Under the pieces are notes generated by a model, which saw only the letters and a list, made by a program, of their open reading frames with translations, was not told where the DNA came from and did no database searches. A DNA stretch of 64,000 bases from Chitinophagales bacterium. GTDB taxonomy: Bacteria; Bacteroidota; Bacteroidia; Chitinophagales; JADJOU01. Below are positions 10,631 through 19,385 of the stretch, one piece after another (within the stretch, counting starts at the first letter, position 1; every line of letters starts with the position of its first letter). The position numbers and the translations under genes were made by a program. The stretch spans positions 2,635 to 66,634 of the forward strand of contig JBEIDU010000004.1 of assembly GCA_040383345.1 (NCBI GenBank), given 5' to 3'.

Positions 10631-11584
10631 CTATTTTTTAATGGCTCTTTGTATACGATCATTGATAGTTTTCCCAAGTGAATAATCTGGTAATTGTTCA
10701 ATGATAATTAAATCTAAATTTTCTTTATCTAATCTATGTAAGGCGGCATAAAAGTTTTTGGCAGCTTCCTCTAAAAGTCCATTTTTTGACAATACCTCTA
10801 CATTACAGTTTTCAGGCTCAAAATCTAGCTCTCTAAATGCCACTACCCCAATTTTTCTATTGAAGTATAAGCTCATTTCTTTTTTCAAATCCGACGTAGC
10901 TATTGTGTTAGTGTTGGGCGCATAATGTTTTGACAACATGCCAGGTGCAATAGGTGTTGCATCTTGATGTGTGTTTGAAATAAGCTTTCCTGTAATGGAT
11001 TCTATAGCTTCAATAGATATAGCACCGTGCCTATAGAGTATCACTTGATCATTTTCAAATCCAATAATTGTAGATTCTAATCCACTTTTACAGGTTCCCC
11101 CGTCTAATATTAGTGGAATTTTATTTTTGAAATAGTTGGCTACATGATTCGCTTGGGTTGGGCTAATAGTGCCAAAAGGGTTGGCACTGGGGGCCGCTAA
11201 TGGAAAATCCAGGGTGTTCAATAATTGTAATGTAAGGGGATGATTGGGTACACGAACAGCTACACTATCTTTACCACCTGTAACCCATTCTGGGATAAGG
11301 GATTTCTTTTTTAATATAAGTGTTAAGGGTCCTGGCCAAAACATTTCGGCTAATTTATAGGCAATTGCTGGTATAGATTCGGCTACGGTATCTAATCGTT
11401 CCATAGAAGCAATATGGACAATCAGAGGATTGTAAAAAGGTCTTTTTTTGATTTCAAATATTTTTTTAACGGCTATTTCATTATATGCATTTCCCGCCAA
11501 TCCATAGACTGTCTCTGTGGGAATGGCTATCACTTCGTTCTTTTCTAATAATTCTTTTGCTAAAATTAAGTTTTTATCTTCCAT
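10631..11584 (-). CDS. sua5: L-threonylcarbamoyladenylate synthase, two-domain Sua5 type (probable start MEDKN at 11584)
   Basis: PTETVYGL, KKRPFYNPLIVH, PGPLT, APSAN, STII and the Sua5 linker PGMLSKHYAP, followed by a C-terminal SUA5 domain. Confidence 0.93.
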   Translation of the reverse strand: MEDKNLILAKELLEKNEVIAIPTETVYGLAGNAYNEIAVKKIFEIKKRPFYNPLIVHIASMERLDTVAESIPAIAYKLAEMFWPGPLTLILKKKSLIPEWVTGGKDSVAVRVPNHPLTLQLLNTLDFPLAAPSANPFGTISPTQANHVANYFKNKIPLILDGGTCKSGLESTIIGFENDQVILYRHGAISIEAIESITGKLISNTHQDATPIAPGMLSKHYAPNTNTIATSDLKKEMSLYFNRKIGVVAFRELDFEPENCNVEVLSKNGLLEEAAKNFYAALHRLDKENLDLIIIEQLPDYSLGKTINDRIQRAIKK

Positions 11585-11592
11585 ATTTGTTT

Positions 11593-12435
11593 TTAAGGAT
11601 TGCAAAAATTACAATACATGGGATCTTCGTATTTTTTCTTATTGGGAAACCATTGTATTTCTTCATGTAAACAATGGTTGCATTTATTTATATAAGAAAG
11701 AGTGCTATCAGTGGGCAAATTACATGCTTCGCAAGGCAAGCCCTTTTTAACTTCTACCACATCAAATCCTGGGTATTTACATTTTTTACAAGTAGATTTA
11801 ATTTTTTTTACAAGTTTTTGAGTTAGTTTTTTTAGGATCTTCATTCTCGTAGGGTTAAACATCGCTCTCATATCGGTTAAAACCAAAATGTTTTTATTGG
11901 TTTTTTTCAATTCGTTGAAAGCGCTTTTTAGTTCCTTGAGTTCTATGATTCCCTTTTTAATAATAGGTTCTCCTTCTGTTGATTTTAAGATCAGTCCGTG
12001 TGAAGGAAATTTTGCTTCTTTTGCAAAAATTAAAAGTTCCTCAATATTACTTACCGCTTTTTCATTAAAATTTGTATTCGTTGTAGATTCTTTGGCAATA
12101 ATCTCAATTTGATTTTTCTTGTCATAAATCATCATATATTCTTCTGAAAAAGGAGCAAAAAATATCATTGGATGTGAACCAAAAGATCCCTCTGATCCTA
12201 TTGCAATATCAAAACTTGAGTTCTCGAGCCCCATGATACACTTTTTTCTGAGGGTAGATATAGGATCTTCTTTGCGATCTATTTCGCCACAAAAAGTACC
12301 TAGTATGTCTGTGTCAAAATGATCAGAAACGGAACAGGTTGAATTGAAATATTTTGCAAAAAAAGGCGATATCACTTTTTCTTTTTTGTGTTTTGAGACA
12401 ATCAATATATTTCGTTTTTCAAACATTTTATGCAC
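11593..12435 (-). CDS. DUF6671-family protein with C-terminal multi-CxxC zinc-ribbon
   Basis: KHKKE, DTDILGTF-GEI-R, SEGSFG-HP, FPSHGL, TDMRAMFNPTRM, four CxxC pairs ending DPMYCNFCNP; family name recalled from these motifs. Confidence 0.75.
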   Translation of the reverse strand: MHKMFEKRNILIVSKHKKEKVISPFFAKYFNSTCSVSDHFDTDILGTFCGEIDRKEDPISTLRKKCIMGLENSSFDIAIGSEGSFGSHPMIFFAPFSEEYMMIYDKKNQIEIIAKESTTNTNFNEKAVSNIEELLIFAKEAKFPSHGLILKSTEGEPIIKKGIIELKELKSAFNELKKTNKNILVLTDMRAMFNPTRMKILKKLTQKLVKKIKSTCKKCKYPGFDVVEVKKGLPCEACNLPTDSTLSYINKCNHCLHEEIQWFPNKKKYEDPMYCNFCNP

Positions 12436-12522
12436 CGAATTTCTTTTTTTAACAGGACTTTTATTTGTAAAAAAGTAATTGTAAAAATAATATAAATTTA
12501 ATGATCCTTACTTTTATTTTTG

Positions 12523-12589
12523 CAAAATTATAGCATTGATATATAAATAAATATTTATCTTTGTTATTTTAAATATAAACAGTATTTAT
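12523..12589. promoter_or_regulatory. Divergent Bacteroidota promoters plus LysR-type boxes
   Basis: TAATTTTG on minus (12523-12530), TATCTTTG on plus (12556-12563), ATAA-N8-TTAT (12543-12558) and ATAA-N7-TTAT (12575-12589, overlapping the lysR ATG). Confidence 0.55.
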
Positions 12590-13508
12590 GAACTACACAT
12601 TGAATCAATTGCAAATATTTTTAAAAATTGTACAAACAAATAGTATTACAAGAGCGGCAAAAGAATTAAATCTAACTCAACCTGCAGTTTCCATTCAACT
12701 GAAAAATTTTCAAGATCAGTTTGATATTGCTTTGACCGAAGTAATAGGTAGAAAACTTTATGTGACAGATTTTGGAAGAGAAATAGCAGATACTGTTGAA
12801 AATATAGTCAATCAAGTGTATGCTATTAATTACAAGACACATGCTTTCAAAGGCCAGCTATATGGAAGATTAAAAATATCGGTAGTTTCTACGGGAAAAT
12901 ACATTATGCCTTATTTTTTATCCGATTTTTTGAATCAAAATCCTGGTGTAGAACTCATAATGGATGTAACCAATAAAAATAAAGTAGTAGAAAGTGTAGA
13001 ACTAAACGAAGTGGATTTTGCCCTAGTATCAATAATGCCTAATATTTATGGAATACAAAAGTTGGATTTATTGAAAAACAAGCTTTTTATGGTGGGGAAC
13101 ACAAATTTTAATTCGGTAAATAACCAAAATATAAATGAGAAAAATCTCAGTCCTTTAATCTATAGAGAAAAAGGATCTGGGACAAGACAAATTATGGAAT
13201 CTTATCTTGAACAACATCATATTGCATCCATTAAAAAATTAGAACTAACCTCTAATGAAGCAGTAAAACAAGCAGTAATAGCTGGTTTGGGATGTTCTAT
13301 AATGCCATTGATAGGCATCAAAAATGAATTGTCAAATGGAGATCTAAAGATTATCAATATGAATGGAATGCCTATAGAAACTACCTGGAGTTTGATATGG
13401 CAAAAAAGCAAAAAACATTCCCCCGTATCTATTGCTTTTTTAGAGTATTTGAAGCAGAAAAAAGACGAAATAGTCAAAAATCATTTTAATTGGTATGAAA
13501 TATATTAA
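12588..13508 (+). CDS. LysR-family regulator, CbbR/CmpR-like
   Basis: TLNQLQIF...SITRAAKELNLTQPAVSIQLK HTH; VSTGKY, REKGSGTR, SNEAVKQAVIAGLG are typical of the CbbR/CmpR subgroup. Confidence 0.88.
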   Translation: MNYTLNQLQIFLKIVQTNSITRAAKELNLTQPAVSIQLKNFQDQFDIALTEVIGRKLYVTDFGREIADTVENIVNQVYAINYKTHAFKGQLYGRLKISVVSTGKYIMPYFLSDFLNQNPGVELIMDVTNKNKVVESVELNEVDFALVSIMPNIYGIQKLDLLKNKLFMVGNTNFNSVNNQNINEKNLSPLIYREKGSGTRQIMESYLEQHHIASIKKLELTSNEAVKQAVIAGLGCSIMPLIGIKNELSNGDLKIINMNGMPIETTWSLIWQKSKKHSPVSIAFLEYLKQKKDEIVKNHFNWYEIY

Positions 13509-13525
13509 TGTTTTCAATAAAAAAT

Positions 13526-13855
13526 CTACTTAAATTTTATTGCATAACATATATCAAGTCCTTTCTTATTCAATGCAAGTATAATTCCATCCGCTTCAGA
13601 ATGTTTTTTCTTAGTTCGTTTTATCAAATTTGTTCTGATTGTTTCATATTGAGTGCCACTGATAAATCCTAGCTCAACAATTCCCAATGTGTCATGTTGC
13701 ATAATGGGTTTACTATCCGAAAATATTAATAATCCATCAATTCTTGAAACCTCTGCGGATGCAAAACGAGTGTCATCGCTTCCTGCTTTAAATGCTACTA
13801 GAATAGTAAAAATAATGCTGCAAAAGATGATGTATAAATATTTTTGATAATTCAT
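13526..13855 (-). CDS. Small exported/membrane-anchored hypothetical protein
   Basis: 109-aa ORF with an N-terminal hydrophobic helix. Confidence 0.6.
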   Translation of the reverse strand: MNYQKYLYIIFCSIIFTILVAFKAGSDDTRFASAEVSRIDGLLIFSDSKPIMQHDTLGIVELGFISGTQYETIRTNLIKRTKKKHSEADGIILALNKKGLDICYAIKFK

Positions 13856-13985
13856 TTTAAAAATTTTAGAGGTGTAAAAATATATTTTTATCTAGTTTAA
13901 ATTATTTTAAACCATGGTTTTTTTTATTTATTCAATAATTGGATTCAGTTTTGTATAAAAATAATGAAAAGGACATTCATTGTCT

Positions 13986-15134
13986 TTAAAGATTAAAAAC
14001 ACGTTTTGCACTTCTTTTCTTTCCATCAATTATTACTTCAGAACAAGGTGCTGTTTGTTCTATTTTTTTCTTCACAAATTCTCCTTTTTTATTATATATG
14101 TAGGTAATTACATTACAAAGAGTTCCATCTTGCGAACAATAAGTTTCTTGATGAGTAATTCCGCTTGGCTGATGATATGAAATGCTATAAAATTTTTTGT
14201 CGGGCAATTGCATTTCATACTTTGTTTTTTGCTTAAGTTCATTGTATTTTTCGGTGTACAAAAAACTAGGACACCAATCTGAATATTTCCGATATTCTCT
14301 AATGTCGCTATCCTCAAAACGAGAGATATACTCAGCATACAAATCATTAAAATGGCTATAGAAATATTCATTCTTGATAAAACAACTGTCTGGAGGTAGA
14401 TTGGTGATATGATGGCAGCTTGTATCTGTTGTAATCTGAGGGGTATTCTTAGATAAGTAATAAAATCTATGACCATCGGTTTTAATATAGTATGTTCTTT
14501 GTTCCATAGATACAATTGTATCGTGGCTTCTTTTTATTTTTAAGGTGCAAAACTGGCTTAAATCTCCATTTTGTGGCATGGCCACTTTCCCATTATGTGG
14601 AAGGTCATAGTCAGTATTATTGTAATAATTGTATATGCTGTCGCCTAAAGCTATACCATATGGATTATATGATACTCTAATTTTGTATATACCAGCAAAT
14701 AATGGAACTCCAAAACTATGGTGTGAAACGTTTTGAGTAAGATAGCTAAAATAATTTTCAAAATCATTTAAGTAAATGGGGACTGTAATTTGTTCAAGCG
14801 GCTTCAAATATCTGATCTGAACAGTTCCTGTGTCATGAATCATCATTTTTAACATTTGGTTTTCCGTATATCTGAGTAGTAAGGTGTTTTTGGCCATATC
14901 ATATACATTTAGATAAAACAATTTTTGTCCTACATTTTGAGTATGAGGAATCAAAACAGGGTGTTTATTCTCTTTGTCAGTATTAATTATCGTAATCTTG
15001 AAAGTGATTTTCTCGCCCTCATAATAACTTTCTTTTTCTGTAGACAAAATAAAACGTAAAGGATGATATTTTAAATCTGCCAATGTAAGATTTATCGAAA
15101 GCATCCAATAAAGAAAAGAAATATATATCTTCAT
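13986..15134 (-). CDS. Exported hypothetical protein (N-terminal beta-sandwich, Tyr/Cys-rich C-terminus)
   Basis: 382-aa ORF with signal peptide; LSTEKESYYEGEKITFKITI is Ig-like. Confidence 0.65.
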   Translation of the reverse strand: MKIYISFLYWMLSINLTLADLKYHPLRFILSTEKESYYEGEKITFKITIINTDKENKHPVLIPHTQNVGQKLFYLNVYDMAKNTLLLRYTENQMLKMMIHDTGTVQIRYLKPLEQITVPIYLNDFENYFSYLTQNVSHHSFGVPLFAGIYKIRVSYNPYGIALGDSIYNYYNNTDYDLPHNGKVAMPQNGDLSQFCTLKIKRSHDTIVSMEQRTYYIKTDGHRFYYLSKNTPQITTDTSCHHITNLPPDSCFIKNEYFYSHFNDLYAEYISRFEDSDIREYRKYSDWCPSFLYTEKYNELKQKTKYEMQLPDKKFYSISYHQPSGITHQETYCSQDGTLCNVITYIYNKKGEFVKKKIEQTAPCSEVIIDGKKRSAKRVFNL

Positions 15135-15383
15135 ATAAATTTTAGTAGTTCATATGTTTTTGTTCTTTGTTATATGGCGCAAAAACAAACACAATTATAG
15201 AGTATTTTTAATAAAAGTAATATTATTTTAATAGAAAAAAATTATCTTAAATTTTTAATAAAATAGCATGATGCTTTCAAAAATGAGTAATCTATTTTAG
15301 ATAGTTAAACAATGATTAGAACATCTGTAAAATGTAAGGCGCCAAGTGCTAAAAAATAAAAATTAGTTTAATTGATTTCATTT

Positions 15384-15399
15384 ATCGTAATATTGCAAT
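15384..15399 (+). promoter_or_regulatory. Imperfect palindrome, candidate ArsR operator
   Basis: ATCGTAAT-ATTGCAAT, 17 bp upstream of the DUF6428-arsR-arsC operon. Confidence 0.6.
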
Positions 15400-15416
15400 A
15401 TTAAAATAAATGAAAT

Positions 15417-15875
15417 ATGAAATTATCAGAACTAAAACAAATATTGAGTCAAGTGGATACACTTTTTTTTCAAAAAGAAGATGGAACCAAAATTCCTTCA
15501 CATTTTCATATAACAGAGGTGGGGAAAATTGCCAAAAACTTTATAGATTGTGGAGGAAAAGAGCGTGAACATTCATTGGTAAATCTACAGTTGTGGGAGA
15601 GTGTGGATGTGTGGCATCGGTTGACGGCAGAGAAATTGTTGTCTATTATAGCGCTATCGGAGTCAATATTGCAGATATCGGACGATGAAATAGAGGTGGA
15701 ATATCAAGGAGCTACTATCGAAAAGTACGGTTTGAGTTTTAATGAAGGTGTTTTTATTCTTACTCAAACAAAAACGGATTGTTTGGCGCAGGATAAATGT
15801 GGTATTCCAGAACTTGTAAAGACGGAGAAAGAAAAAATATCTAGCAGTTGTACTCCAGGTGGAGGTTGTTGTTAA
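15417..15875 (+). CDS. DUF6428-family arsenic-operon protein
   Basis: HFHITEVG...FIDCGG...EVEYQ..TI...TDCLAQDKCGIP...CTPGGGCC; adjacent to arsR. Confidence 0.8.
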   Translation: MKLSELKQILSQVDTLFFQKEDGTKIPSHFHITEVGKIAKNFIDCGGKEREHSLVNLQLWESVDVWHRLTAEKLLSIIALSESILQISDDEIEVEYQGATIEKYGLSFNEGVFILTQTKTDCLAQDKCGIPELVKTEKEKISSSCTPGGGCC

Positions 15876-15891
15876 AAAAAAATAAGAAATT

Positions 15892-16218
15892 ATGGGCATA
15901 ACCAAATCTAATCTTTTTAGTGAACATCAAAATCAGTTGTCGCAGATTTTCAAAGCCTTGGGGCATCCAGCACGTATAGCTATTTTGGAATATTTGCTAA
16001 CGGCAAAATCCTGTATTTGTGGCGATATTGTAGATGAATTGCCACTGGCACAGCCTACTATTTCTCAGCATTTGAAGGAATTGAAGTCGGCGGGTATTAT
16101 TCAAGGTACTATTGAGGGAACCTCGATTTGCTATTGTATCAATATGCAACATTTGGAAATAGTAAAGGTTTTTATAGAAGGGATGTCTGTATCTAAAATA
16201 GAAAATAGTTGTTGTTAA
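15892..16218 (+). CDS. arsR: ArsR/SmtB transcriptional repressor
   Basis: KALGHPARI, CICGDIV, LAQPTISQHLKELK, C-terminal CC. Confidence 0.92.
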   Translation: MGITKSNLFSEHQNQLSQIFKALGHPARIAILEYLLTAKSCICGDIVDELPLAQPTISQHLKELKSAGIIQGTIEGTSICYCINMQHLEIVKVFIEGMSVSKIENSCC

Positions 16219-16225
16219 ATATGGT

Positions 16226-16792
16226 ATGAATATGAAATTAGGTAAATATTATTTAGATAAAAAATTTTTAGTTATAATAATTGGGATTGTTTTGTTGAAT
16301 TTTCAGTTTGGACTTGACATAAGATTTACAATTATTAATATTTTATGGATTTTAATAAGTATAAAAAAAAATATGAATATTCTCATTCTTTGCACAGGTA
16401 ATAGTTGTAGGAGTCAAATGGCACATGGCATTTTACAGTCTTTGAATATTGCCCTCAATGTGCATTCTGCAGGCACTCATCCTGCAGATAATGTAAATCC
16501 CAATGCTATCAAAGTACTAGCTGAATTGGGATTGGATATTAGCCATCACAAACCAATGTTAGTTGAAACTTATTTGGATAAATCATGGGATTTTGTGATT
16601 ACTGTATGTGGTGGAGCTCATGAAAGCTGCCCTTCATTTCTCGGACAGGTTAAAAATCGAATTCATATAGGATTTGAAGATCCAGCAGATGCTATCGGAA
16701 CGCCTGAGGAAATTCTAGATGAGTTTCGAACGATACGAAATCAAATTTTGATCGCCTTTTTTAGCTTTTATCATCATAGGTTGAAAAAATAG
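16226..16792 (+). CDS. arsC: Thioredoxin-type arsenate reductase (LMW-PTP fold); canonical domain begins at ATG 16373
   Basis: ILCTGNSCRSQMA P-loop, ITVCGGA.ESCP, FEDPA. Confidence 0.9.
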   Translation: MNMKLGKYYLDKKFLVIIIGIVLLNFQFGLDIRFTIINILWILISIKKNMNILILCTGNSCRSQMAHGILQSLNIALNVHSAGTHPADNVNPNAIKVLAELGLDISHHKPMLVETYLDKSWDFVITVCGGAHESCPSFLGQVKNRIHIGFEDPADAIGTPEEILDEFRTIRNQILIAFFSFYHHRLKK

Positions 16793-16883
16793 ATATTTTA
16801 TTAATCTATCCCAATCTTTCTTATAAAGACAAGAATAATTCTATTAATTATTGTATTTTTGTGCATCCTAAAAATATAATCAC

Positions 16884-18014
16884 ATGAAAAAAATTAAATT
16901 GATTGTTCTCTTTCTATGGACTTGTAACGTTGTTTTTGCGCAAAATAAAGAGTTAAAACAGGCCAAAGATTATTTGTATAATTACCAAGCTTCCAGAAAA
17001 ATAGCAGATTTAGAAAAAGCAATTGAGAATATCAAAATAGCAATTGCTAGCGAAAAATTGGCAAATGATCCATCAACGCTATATTTTCATGGATTAATTC
17101 ATAAAACCTACTATGATGCGTTGGCTGTAAAGTCTCCAGAACTGGTATATACAGCATACAATAGTTTGAAAAAAGCCTTGACAATCAAGCCAAAATTTGA
17201 AGATAAGGATCAAGCCATTATTTTTATAAAGTATTTAGGCTTTGATATGTATGGAATAGGCATAGAACAATTTAATGCAAAGAATAATGATAAAGCTTTT
17301 GAGGCTTATAAAAATTTGATAGATTTAAATCAATTTCTAAATGCTATTGGAGAGAAACTAGCTTTGACCGATCCAAATACAAAGGAATTAGCAGAAGTAA
17401 AAACCAGCGATATTGTAAATAATTATGTAGTTTTTGCTATTAATGCCAATAAGAAAGAAGAAGCCGCAGCTCTATTGAAAAAAGAAATAGTGTCCAATCC
17501 TTCGGAGATAAAATATTTGCAAATAATACAATTATTACAAGAAAATCCAGATAAAACAGAATATAAAAAATGGCTTCAGGAAGCTATTTTAAAATATCCG
17601 AATAATGTAGATATCATTATAGCGGATATCAATTTTAATATTGCTGAAAAAAATACAGCTATTGCTATTGAAAAATTAAATAAACTAATTTCATTGGATC
17701 CAAAAAACAAACAATATTATTTATTGCTTGGAAATTTATACGAAAATCAAAAAGATATGGCCAATGCTAAAAAAACATACAAAACCGGATTAGAAATAGC
17801 GCCAGAAGATTATGAAATGAATTATAACTGTGGAGCTGTTTCATATAATGAGGCCGTAAATGCATATAATAGCACCAAAAATGTAAAAACAAAAACAAAT
17901 AATTATTTGATACTTTTTGCAGAATCAAAAAAGTTCTTTGAAAAATGCAAAGCTTTGAGACCTGAGAAAAGTGAAGTAGATTCATTAATTAAAAAAATTA
18001 ACGAAATTAAGTGA
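16884..18014 (+). CDS. Exported TPR protein
   Basis: Signal peptide (VFAQ), TPR units such as YYLLLGNLYENQ and NYNCGAVSYN. Confidence 0.8.
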   Translation: MKKIKLIVLFLWTCNVVFAQNKELKQAKDYLYNYQASRKIADLEKAIENIKIAIASEKLANDPSTLYFHGLIHKTYYDALAVKSPELVYTAYNSLKKALTIKPKFEDKDQAIIFIKYLGFDMYGIGIEQFNAKNNDKAFEAYKNLIDLNQFLNAIGEKLALTDPNTKELAEVKTSDIVNNYVVFAINANKKEEAAALLKKEIVSNPSEIKYLQIIQLLQENPDKTEYKKWLQEAILKYPNNVDIIIADINFNIAEKNTAIAIEKLNKLISLDPKNKQYYLLLGNLYENQKDMANAKKTYKTGLEIAPEDYEMNYNCGAVSYNEAVNAYNSTKNVKTKTNNYLILFAESKKFFEKCKALRPEKSEVDSLIKKINEIK

Positions 18015-18060
18015 TTTTGGTATAGAATTTGAATAGAAATTCAAAAGAATATAAAAAATC

Positions 18061-19377
18061 ATGAAAAAATTAAATGCTCTAGCCCTTTTGTTCTGGACAG
18101 TCAATGCATTTTCACAATCTTTTATTCCAGTAAAAATAGCTATTAAAGAGGGCCATAGAACATTTTTAAATTTAGAAACCAGAAGTGTAACAGAAAAAAA
18201 TCAAGATGGCTGGGATTTTGCAGTTATTGACGAAAGGCATGAAATAGGTGCTAAAATTAATGATAGCAAAGGTATAAGATTGTGGAAGGTATATAAAGAT
18301 ACAGCATTATTTGGGTCAATTAATCTCAGCGATACCTCTAATCGTATAATAAATAGTACAGCTTATCTATATTTAGGTGCTTTTGATACCACCTATACCG
18401 ACAAAACAAATAGCGTACTGAATCCATACTATCAGTTAGGACTCGGCAAATTATACAATACCATTGATAATCCTTATTTTTGCTTCGGCGATAAATGTTA
18501 TATCATCCAAAGAGCCGATGGGGAATATGGTAAAATGTATTTATCCTCATATAAAAATATCAATAATGAAAGAATATATACATTTAGATATTCAAAAATA
18601 GATGGGACGCAAGATGCTTATTTTCAAGTAAAAAAATCTACTATTTTTACAAAACATCATTCATATGTAAACTTGACCGATAAAAGTTATAACACAAATT
18701 TTGAACTAGATAATGCCAATTCTTGGGATTTAGTCTTTAGTTCCTATGAAGAATGGTCTGGAAATCAAGTTGTTAGAAAACCCATTGGCGTATTTATTAA
18801 TAATGGCGTTTTAAACATTTCATTTTCTGAAATTCCAGGAAGACCTTCTACTTATGATATTCCAAAAATTTATACTCAATCATATGATACTTTAGGAGAT
18901 CCATCTTTATTGACATATGATAAAAGATTTGAAGGGTTTAAATTGGTAAGTAAAAAACAAGATCAAATTTTGACAAAATGGATGGATGCTTCGGACAATT
19001 TGATTTCAAATAATAATTTTTTTATAAAAAATAATGTAGGTACTATTTTTCATATTTATTTTTCAGGATTGGATAAGGTAAACAATACAGTAGATGTAAA
19101 TATAAAAAGAGTATCTAGCGCTATAGAAAATCCTGTAAAAAATGATGCTTACAATATAGAGAATAATACCCATCTTTTGAAAATATATACCAATACTATT
19201 CAAGATAAAGCATTTAGTGTAATTACATATGACATGATGGGTAGAATAATTGCATCTAGCTCCACAAAAAGTGGTGAAATAGTTTTGGATAATTCTTTAT
19301 GGAATACATCTGTTGTAATTTTACAAGTGAAAAATGATCAGAGTATAATTAATTATAAAATTGCTAGCTTGAACTAA
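18061..19377 (+). CDS. HmuY-like protein with putative T9SS C-terminal domain
   Basis: SPI signal; two HmuY-like half-motifs (FLNL..R.V...GWDFA; YVNL......SWDLVF); CTD-like YDMMGR...VILQV...YKI. Confidence 0.6.
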   Translation: MKKLNALALLFWTVNAFSQSFIPVKIAIKEGHRTFLNLETRSVTEKNQDGWDFAVIDERHEIGAKINDSKGIRLWKVYKDTALFGSINLSDTSNRIINSTAYLYLGAFDTTYTDKTNSVLNPYYQLGLGKLYNTIDNPYFCFGDKCYIIQRADGEYGKMYLSSYKNINNERIYTFRYSKIDGTQDAYFQVKKSTIFTKHHSYVNLTDKSYNTNFELDNANSWDLVFSSYEEWSGNQVVRKPIGVFINNGVLNISFSEIPGRPSTYDIPKIYTQSYDTLGDPSLLTYDKRFEGFKLVSKKQDQILTKWMDASDNLISNNNFFIKNNVGTIFHIYFSGLDKVNNTVDVNIKRVSSAIENPVKNDAYNIENNTHLLKIYTNTIQDKAFSVITYDMMGRIIASSSTKSGEIVLDNSLWNTSVVILQVKNDQSIINYKIASLN

Positions 19378-19385
19378 TTTTTCAT

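Noticed and set aside
10627-10701. N-terminal extension of PyrC in the ORF track (also Sua5 11585-11605)
   Set aside because: It overlaps the upstream gene; internal ATGs at 10626 and 11584 give normal N-termini and short intergenic gaps.
12588-13508. Autotrophy (Calvin cycle) implied by the CbbR-like regulator
   Set aside because: No RuBisCO, phosphoribulokinase or carboxysome genes in the window; the regulator alone is insufficient evidence.
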